Shown: positions 55,101 to 64,000 of the stretch, piece after piece
How positions within the stretch are numbered: position 1 is the stretch's first letter
How the letters are laid out: every line of letters begins with the position of its first letter
Origin: the human T2T-CHM13v2.0 reference genome, Homo sapiens
Length of the DNA stretch: 64,000 nt
Reading direction: 5' to 3' (one strand)
Assembly: GCF_009914755.1 (NCBI RefSeq)
Contig: NC_060931.1
Translations under genes and position numbers: made by a program
Notes under the pieces: model-generated
The model's input: the letters and a program-made list of their open reading frames with translations, nothing else
The model's database searches: none
Told to the model about the DNA's origin: nothing

Positions 55101-58100
55101 TGCATTCCATTCCATTCCATTCCATTCCATTCCATTCCATTCCATTCCAATCCATTCCATTCTATTCCATTCCATTCCATTCCATTCCATTCCATTCCAT
55201 TCCATTCAGTTCCATTCCATTTCACTCCGGTTGGTTCCATTCCATTCCAATCCATTCCTTTGCATTCTATTCCACTCATGTTGATTCCATTCGGTTTGAT
55301 TCCATTCCCTTCCATTCCACTATATTCCATTCCATTAAATCCCATTCCATTCAATTCCATTCCACTCCATTCCACACGTGTTGAATCCATTCCTTACCAT
55401 TCCATTCCATACCATTTCATGCCACTCAGGTTGATTCCTTTCCATTCCATTCCATTGCATTCGATTCCATTGCATTCCATTCGGGTTGATTCCATTCCAT
55501 TGTATTCCATTTCATTCCTTTCCATTCCATTCCATTCCATTCCATTCCATTCCATTCCCTTCCATTCAATTCCAATCTGGTTGATTCCATGGCTTTCCAC
55601 TCCATTCCATTCCATTCTTTGCATTCCATTCCACTCCATTCCATTCCAATCCATTTTATTCCATTCCATTCTAACTCATTCCATTACATTCCATTCCACT
55701 CGGGTTGACTCCATTCCATTCCATTGCATTCCATTTCATTTCACTTCAATCCATTCCATTCCATTTCATTCTATTCCAATCCATTCAATTCTTCCCATTC
55801 CATTCCACACGGGTTCATTCCATTACTTTCAGTTGCATTCCATTCCAATCCATTCCATTCCATTCCATTCCAGTCGGTTTGACTCCTTTCCATTCCATTC
55901 TATTCCATTCCATTCCATTCCATTCCATTCCATTCCATTCCATTCTATTCCATTCCATTCTATTCCATTCCATTCTATTCAATTTCATTGCATTTCACTC
56001 GGGTTGATTCCTTTCCATTCCATTCCATTCCTTTCCTTTCTACTCGTGTTGATTCCATTCCTTTCAATTAAATTCGATTCCATTACACTCCATTTCATTC
56101 CATTCCATTGCATTCCACTCGGGTTGATTCCAATCCATTCCATTTTATTCCATTCCATTAGAATCCATTCCATTCCATTCCATTCCATTCCATGCCATGC
56201 CATTCCATTCCATTCCATTCCATTTAATTCCATTCCATTCGTGTTTATTCCATTCCATTCCACTGCATTCCATTCCATTCCATTCCACTTGGGTTGATTA
56301 CATTCCATTCCATTTTATTCCATTCCATTCCATTCCATTCCATTCCATTCCACTCAGGTTGATTCCATTCCATTCCATTCTATTCCATTCCAATCCATTC
56401 CAATATATTCCATTCCATTCGCTTCCATTCTGGTTAATTCCACACCATTAAATTATATTCCAATCGATTCCGTTCTATACCATTCAATTTCATTCCATTC
56501 CATTCCACACGGGTTGATTCCATTGCATTCCATTCCATTCCATTCCATTCCATTCCATTCCACATGGGTTGATTCCTATCAATTCCATTCCATTCCATTC
56601 CATTTCATTGCCTTCCATTCCATTCCGATCTGGTGGATTCCATTCCATTCCATTCCATTCCATTCCATTCCATTCCATTCCATTGCATTCCATTCGCATT
56701 GATTCCAATCCATTCCATTATATCCCAGTACATTCCGTTCGACTCTGGTTGATTCCATTCCATTCCATTCCATTCCATTCCATTCCATTCCATTCCATTC
56801 CATTCGTGTTTATTCCATTCCATACTATTCCATTCCATTCCCTTCCATTCGGATTTATTCCAATCCATTCCATTCCATTCCATTCCATTCCATTCCATTC
56901 CATTCCATTCAATTCCTTTCCTTTCTACTCGTGTTGTTTCCATTCCTTTCAATGAAATCCGATTGCACTCCACTACATTACATTCCATTCCATTGCATTC
57001 CACTCGGGTTGATTCCAATCCATTCCGTTTTATTCCATTCCATTCCATTCCATTCCATGCCATTCCATGCCATGCCATGCCATTCCATTCCATTCCATTC
57101 CATTCAATTCCATCCCATTCCTGTTTATTCCATTCCCTTCCATTCCATACCATTCCATTCCATTCCAATCGGGGTGATTACATTCCACTCCGTTTTATTC
57201 CATTCCATTCCATTCCATTCCATTCAATTCAATTCCATTCCACTGAGGTTGATTCCATTCCATTCCATTCCATTCCATTCCATTCCATTCCATTCCAATC
57301 CGTTCCAATACATTCCATTCCATTCCCTTCCATTCTGGTTGATTCCATACCATTAAATTCTATTCCATTCCATTCCATTTCAATCCATTCCATTCCATTC
57401 CATTCAATTCCATTCCTCACAGGGTGATTGCATTTCATTGCTTTCCATTCCATTCCATTCCATTCCACATGGGTTGATTCCTTTCAATTCCATTCCATTC
57501 CATTCCACTTCATTCCCTTCCATTCCATTCCGATCTGGTGGATTCCATTCCATTCCATTCCATTCCTTTCCATTGCATTGCATTCCATTAGCGCTGATTC
57601 CAATCCATTCCGTTATAACCCATTATATTCAATTCGACTCCAGTTGATTCCATTCCATTCCAATCCATTCCATTCCATTCCATTAAATTCCATTCGTGTT
57701 TATTCCATTCCGTACTATTCCATCCTATTCCCTTCCATTCGGATTTATTCCATTCCATTCCATTCCATTCCATTCCATTCCATTCCATGACATTCCATTC
57801 CATTCCATTCCACTCTCGTTGATTCCATTCCATTCCATTCCATTCCACTATGGTTGATTCCATTCCATTCCATTCCATTCCATTTCATTCCATTCCATTC
57901 CATTCCACTCCATTCCATTCCATTCCATTCCATTCCATTCCATTCCATTCCACTCCATTCCATTCCATTCCATTCCATTCCACTCCATTCCATTCCATTC
58001 CATTCCATTCCTCTCCATTCCATTCCATTCCATTCCATTCCATTCCATTCCATTCCATTGCATTCCATGGCACTCCATTCCATTCCATTCCATTCCATTT

Positions 58101-58300
58101 GGGGTGATTCCATTCCATTCGTTTCCATTCCATTCGGATTGATTCCACTCCATTCGATTCCATTCCATTCCATTCCATTCGGGTTGATTCCATTGCATTC
58201 CACTCCATTCCAATGCATTCCATACCATTCCATGCCATTTCATTCAATTCCATTCCATTCCACTTGCATTGAATCCATTTCATTGCATTCCATTCCATTC
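49190..58300 (-). repeat. ~4.5-kb tandem duplication (49190-53780 / 53780-58300)
   Basis: TAATCCTTTTCACTCGGG at 49246/53844. CCGGATGA at 49993/54586. CACGTGTTG at 50832/55375. CCGATCTGGTGG at 52123/56625 and 53138/57530. TTAGCGCTGA at 53201/57588. Confidence 0.9.
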
Positions 58301-58959
58301 CATTCCTCTCGGGTTGACTCCATTACTTTCCATTCCATTACATTCCATTACATTGCATTTCATCCCATTAGGGTTGATTCCATTCCATTCCATTCCATTC
58401 CATTCCATTCCATTCCATTCCATTCCATTCCTTTCAATTCCATTCTCGTTGATTCCTTTCCATTCCATTACATTACATTCCATTCAGGTCGACTGCATTC
58501 CATTCCATTGCTTTGCATTCTGGTTGATTCCATTCTATTCCTTTCCAATTCATTCCACTCGTGTTGATTCCATTCCATTCAATTGCATTTCATTTCATTC
58601 CATTCCAATCCGTTCCCTTTCATTCCATTCCAATCAACACGGATTGATTCCATTACACTCATTTCCATTCCATTCCATAGCATTCCATTCCATTCCATTC
58701 CATACCATTCCATTCCATTCCTTTCTTGTTACATCCATTCCAGTCCATCCCACTCTATTCCAATCCATTACATTCCACTCCTTTCTATTCCATTCGTGTT
58801 GATTCCGTTCGATTTCATTCCATTCTATTCCGTTCCATTCCATTCCATTCCACTCGGGATGATTGCATTCCATTCCATTCCATTTCGTTGCATTCCAATC
58901 CATTCCATTCCATTGCATTCCACTCGGGTTGATTCCTTTCCATTCCATTCCATTCCATT

Positions 58960-61190
58960 CCATTCCATTCGGGTTTATTCCTTTCCATTCCATTCCATTG
59001 CTTTCCATTCCAATTTATCCATTCCATTCCATTCCATTCCGCTCGGGTTGATTCCATTGCATTCTATTCCATTCCATTCCATACAATTCCATTCCATTCC
59101 ATTCTATTTCCTTCCATTCCAATCGGGTTGATTTCATTCCATTCCATTTCCTTCCATTCAACCCCATTGTATTCCATTCAATTGCATTACACTCGGGTTG
59201 ATTCCATCCCTTTCCTTTTTATTCCATTCCATTCCATTCCATTCCATTCCATACCATTCCATGCCACTGAGGTTGATTCCTTTCCATTCCATTCCATTAC
59301 ATTCGATTCCATTGCATTCCATTCGGGTTGATTCCATTCCATTGTATTCCATTCCATTCCTTTCCATTCCATTCCATTCCCTTCCATCCAATTCCAATCT
59401 GGTTGATTCCATGGCTTTCCATTCCATTCCACTCCATTCCATTCCAATCCATTTTATTCCATTGCATTCCATTCCATTCCATTGCATTCCATTCTATTCC
59501 ATTCCATTCCATTCCATTCCATTCGGGTTGATTCCATTCCATTCCATTCCATTCGATTACATTCCTTTCCATTCCATTCCATTCCGCTTGCGTTGATTCC
59601 ATTCTATACCATTCCTTTCCATTTCATTCGTGTTGATTCCATTCCATTCCATTCCATTCCATACTATTCCATTTGGGTTGATTCCATTCCATTCAATAAA
59701 ATTCAATTCCATTCCATTAGGGTTGTTTCCATTCCATTCCATTCCATTATATTGCGTTCATTTCCACTCCATACCACACGCGTTGACCCCATTCCATTTC
59801 ATTTCTTTCGTTTGCAATCCATTCCAATCCATTCCATTCCATTCCAATCCATCCCATTCCTTTCACGTTTAATCCATTCCATTACATTCCCTTTCATTCC
59901 ATTCCATTCCATTCCATTCCATTCCATTCAAATGATCCATTGCATTCCATTCCCTTCCATTCCCTTCCATTCCATACCATTCCATTCCACTCGGGTTGAT
60001 TCCTTTCCATTGCATTCCATTCCATTCCATTCCATTCCATTCCATTCCATTCCATTCCATTCCATTCCATTCCTTTCGGGTTTATTCCTTTCCATTCCAT
60101 TCCTTTCAATTCCATTCCATTCCTTTCCATTCCAATTTATCCATTTCATTCCATTCCATTCAATTCCATTCCGCTCAGGTTTATTCCATTGCATTCTATT
60201 CCATTCCATTCCATACAATTCCATTCCATTCCATTCTATTTCCTTCCATTCCAATCGGGTTGATTTCATTCCATTCCATTTCCTTCCATTCAACTCCATT
60301 GTATTCCATTCAATTGTATTACACTAGTGTTGATTCCATTCCATTCCATTTTATTGCATTCCATTCCATTCCACTCGGTTTGATTCCATTCCATTCCATT
60401 CCATTCCATTCCATTCCATAACGTTCCATGCCACTCAGGTTGATTCCTTTCCATTCCATTCCATTGCATTCGGTTTCATTGCATTCCATTCGGGTTGATT
60501 CCATTCCATTGTATTCCATTCCATTCCTTTCCATTCCATTCCATTCCATTCCATTCCATTCCATTCCATTCAATTCCAATCTGGTTGATTCCATGGCTTT
60601 CCATTCCATTCCATTCAATTCCTTTCCATTCCATTCCACTCCATTCCATTCCAATCCATTTGATTCCATTGCATTCCATTCCATTCCATTGCATTCCATT
60701 CTATTCCATTCCATTCCATTCCATTCCAATCCATTCCATTCCATTCCATTCGGGTTGATTCCATTCCATTCCATTCCATTTGATTACATTCCTTTCCATT
60801 CCATTCCATTCCGCTTGGGTTGATTCCATTCTATACCATTCTTTTCCATTTCATTCATGTTGATTCCATTCCATTCCATTCCATTCCATACTATTCCATT
60901 TCGGTTGATTCCATTCCATTCAATACAATTCAATTCCATTCCATTAGGGTTGTTTCCATTCCATTCCATTCTATTATATTGCGTTCATTTCCACTCCATA
61001 CCACATGCGTTGACCCCATTCCATTTCATTTCATTCGTTTGCAATCCATTCCATTCCATTCCATTCCAATCCATCCCATTCCAATCCATCCCATTCCTTT
61101 CACGTTTAATCCATTCCATTACATTCCATTTCATTCAATTCCATTCCATTCCATTCCATTCAATTGATCCATTCCATTCCATTCCATTCC
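58960..61190 (-). repeat. ~1.1-1.2-kb tandem duplication
   Basis: CAATTTATCC at 59011/60133. CCATGGCTTT at 59409/60591. ATTGCGTTCA at 59751/60978. TTCACGTTTAAT at 59862/61099. Confidence 0.87.
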
Positions 61191-61999
61191 ATTCCATTCC
61201 CTTCCATTCTATTCCATTCCACTCCATTCCATTAGGGTTGATCCAATTCCATTCCGTTCCATTCGTGTTGGTTGCATAGCATTCCTTTCCATTTCATTCC
61301 TTTCTTGTTGATTCCATTCCGTTCCATTCCATTCTATTCCATTCCATTCCATTCCACTCGGGTTCATTCCATTCTATACCATTCCTTTCCATTTCACTCT
61401 GGTTGACTGCCGTACATTCCATTCCATTCTATACCATTTCATGCGGGTTGATTCCATTGCAATCAGTACAATTCCATTCCATTCCATTCCATTTGGGTTG
61501 ATTCCATTCCATTCCATTCCGATCCATTCCACTCCATTTCATTCCATTCCATTCCATTCCACTAGAGTTGATTCCATTCCATTCAATTTTATTCAATTCC
61601 ATTCAATTCCAATTCATTCCATTCCATTCGGGTTAATTCCATTCCTTTCCATTCCATTCCGTTCCTTGCCATTCCTTTCCTCTCCATTCCATTCCATTCT
61701 ATTCCAATGTGGTGGATTCTATTACATTCCTTTGCATTCCATTGCATTCCACTCGGGTTGAAACCATTCCATTCCATTCCATTCCATTCCATTACATTAC
61801 ATTCCTCTCGGGATGATTCCATTCCATTCCATTCCTTTCCATTCCATTCCATTCCATTCCATTCCATTCCATTCCATTCTTGTTGATTCCATTCCATTCG
61901 ATTCCATTGCATTCCATTCCATTCTGGTTGATTCCATACAATTCCATTCCATTCTATTCCATTCCGTTGCATTCCATTCTATTCCATTCCATTCCATTC

Positions 62000-64000
62000 C
62001 ATTCTAATTCATTCCATTCCATTCCATTCCACTTGGGTTGACTCCATTCCATTCCATTGCATTCCATTTCATTTCACTTCAATCCATTCCATTCCATTTC
62101 ATTCCATTGCAATCCATTCAATTCTTCCCATTCCATTCCACACGGGTTCATTCCATTACTTTCAGTTGCATTCCATTCCATTCCATTCCATTCCATTCCA
62201 TTCCATTACATTACATTACATTACATTACTTTCCAATCGGTTTGACTCCTTTCCATTCCATTCCATTCCATTCCATTCCATTCCACTGAGGTTGATTCCA
62301 TTCCATTCCATTCCAATCCGTTCCAATACATTCCATTCCATTCCCTTCCATTCTGGTTGATTCCATTCCATTAAATTCTATTCCATTCCATTCCATTTCA
62401 ATCCATTCCTTTCCATTCCATTCCATTCCATTCCATTCCTCACAGGGTGATTGCATTTCATTGCATTCCATTCCATTCCGTTCCACATGGGTTGATTCCT
62501 TTCAATTCCATTCCATTCCATTCCACTTCATTCCCTTCCATTCCATTCCGATCTGGTGGTTTCCATTCCATTCCATTCCATTCCATTCCATTCCATTCCA
62601 TTCCATTGCATTGCATTCCATTAGCGCTGATTCCAATCCATTCCGTTATGACCCATTACATTCAATTCGACTCCGGTTGATTCCATTCCATTCCAATCCA
62701 TTCCATTCCATTCCATTAAATTCCATTCGTGTTTATTCCATTCCGTACTATTCCATCCTATTCTGTTCCATTCGGATTTATTCCATCCCATTCCATGACA
62801 TTCCATTCCATTCCATTCCACTCTCGTTGATTCCATTCCATTCCATTCCATTCCATTCCACTATGGTTGATTCCATTCCATTCCATTCCATTCCATTCCA
62901 CTCCATTCCATTCCATTCCATTCCATTCCATTCCATTGCATTCCATTGTTCTCTATTCCCTTCCATTCCACTCCATTAGGGGTGATTCCATTCCATTCGT
63001 TTCCATTCCATTCGGATTGATTCCATTCCATTCGATTCCATTCCATTCCATTCCATTCGGGTTGATTCCATTGCATTCCACTCCATTCCAATGCATTCCA
63101 TACCATTCCATGCCATTTCATTCAATTCCATTCCATTCCACTTGCATTGAATCCATTCCATTGCATTCCATTCCATTCCATTCCATTCCATTCCATTCCT
63201 CTCGGGTTGACTCCAATACGTTCCATTCCATTACATTACATTACTTTGCATTTCATCCCATTCGGGTTGATTCCATTCCATTCCATTCCATTCCATTCCA
63301 TTCCATTCCATTCCTTTCAATTCCACTCTAGTTGATTCCATTCCATTCCATTCCATTACATTACATTCAGGTCGTCTCCATTCCATTCCATTGCTTTGCA
63401 TTCTGGTTGACTCCATTCTATTCCTTTCCAATTCATTCCACTCGTGTTGATTCCATTGCATTCAATTGCATTTCATTTCATTCCATTCCAATCCGTTCCC
63501 TTTCATTCCATTCCTATCAACACAGATTGATTCCATTACACTCATTTCCATTCCATTCTATAGCATTCCATTCCATTCCATTCCATTCCATTCCATTCCA
63601 TTCCATTCCATCCCATTCCATTCCATTCCATTCCATTCCATCCCATTCCATTCCTTTCTTCTTACATCCATTCCAGTCCATCCCATTCTATTCCAATCCA
63701 TTACTTTCCACTCCTTTCTATTCCATTCGTGTTGATTCTGTTCGATTTCATTCCATTCTATTCCGTTCCTTTCCATTCCATTCCACTCGGGTTGATTCCA
63801 TTCCATTCCATTCCATTTCGGTGCATTCCAATCCATTCCATTCCATTCCATTCCATTCCACTCGGGTTGATTCCTTTCCATTGCATTCCATTCCATTCCA
63901 TTCCATTCCATTCCATTCCATTCCATTCCATTCCATTCGGGTTTATTCCTTTCCATTCCATTCCATTCCATTCGGGTTTATTCCTTTCCTTTCCACTCCA
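62000..64000 (-). repeat. Third, internally deleted copy related to 55650-55900 plus 57240-58980
   Basis: TTAGCGCTGA at 62621 (vs 57588). CAGGTCG at 63368 (vs 58485). ACATCCATTCCAGTCCATCCC at 63664 (vs 58731). CTTCCCATTCCATTCCACACGGG at 62124 (vs 55791). Confidence 0.85.

Larger units (their letters stand above)
48670..64000 (-). repeat. HSat3 array, CATTC orientation, decamer-containing, with nested duplications; runs off the window end
   Basis: (CATTC)n with ACTCGGGTTG variants through to base 64000. Confidence 0.97.

Noticed and set aside
1-64000. Hundreds of ORFs up to 440 aa (e.g. 54975-56297, 40129-41253, 14008-14871)
   Set aside because: Pure (GGAAT)n and (CATTC)n have no stop codon in any frame and translate to MEWNG / IPFHS repeats. 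The ORFs overlap in all frames, with no domain-like sequence or gene context. Repeat translation cannot be excluded, but nothing here supports it.
1-64000. Alu/L1/ERV insertion, alpha satellite or telomeric repeat
   Set aside because: I saw no non-pentamer-derived stretch longer than a few tens of bases, no poly(A) tail with target-site duplication, no 171-bp monomer and no TTAGGG array.
1-64000. Assigning a species, chromosome or exact HSat3 subfamily
   Set aside because: Decamer-type HSat3 occurs at several human and great-ape loci. Assignment needs a k-mer or alignment search that I cannot run.

Overview
The whole 64-kb window is primate (human-type) classical Satellite III (HSat3) DNA: diverged (GGAAT/CATTC)n pentamers, mostly punctuated by the decamer CAACCCGAGT and its variants. 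I see no genes, RNA genes, transposon insertions or CRISPR. Every ORF in the track is a pentapeptide-repeat artefact (MEWNG / IPFHS) of the 5-mer. The interest is architectural. (1) Four orientation blocks are separated by three strand switches, at about 33541, 44842 and 48670. (2) The two GGAAT->CATTC switches are paralogous copies of one breakpoint, about 15.1 kb apart. (3) A young, homogeneous modular higher-order array (about 2.8-33.0 kb) is built from ~1.5, ~0.55 and ~1.05 kb modules, giving 3.1/4.1/5.0/10.36-kb periods, and sits between older diverged layers. (4) A 3.1-kb island of a different, decamer-free HSat3 subfamily (41731-44842) ends exactly at one switch. (5) There are nested 4.5-5.0 kb, ~1.2 kb, ~0.9 kb and 250-330 bp duplications in the CATTC blocks. 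Strand convention: + means GGAAT on the given strand, - means CATTC. Coordinates come from markers read by eye, so block boundaries are approximate. Species, chromosome and exact subfamily cannot be fixed without a search. I found no evidence for a new gene-based system.
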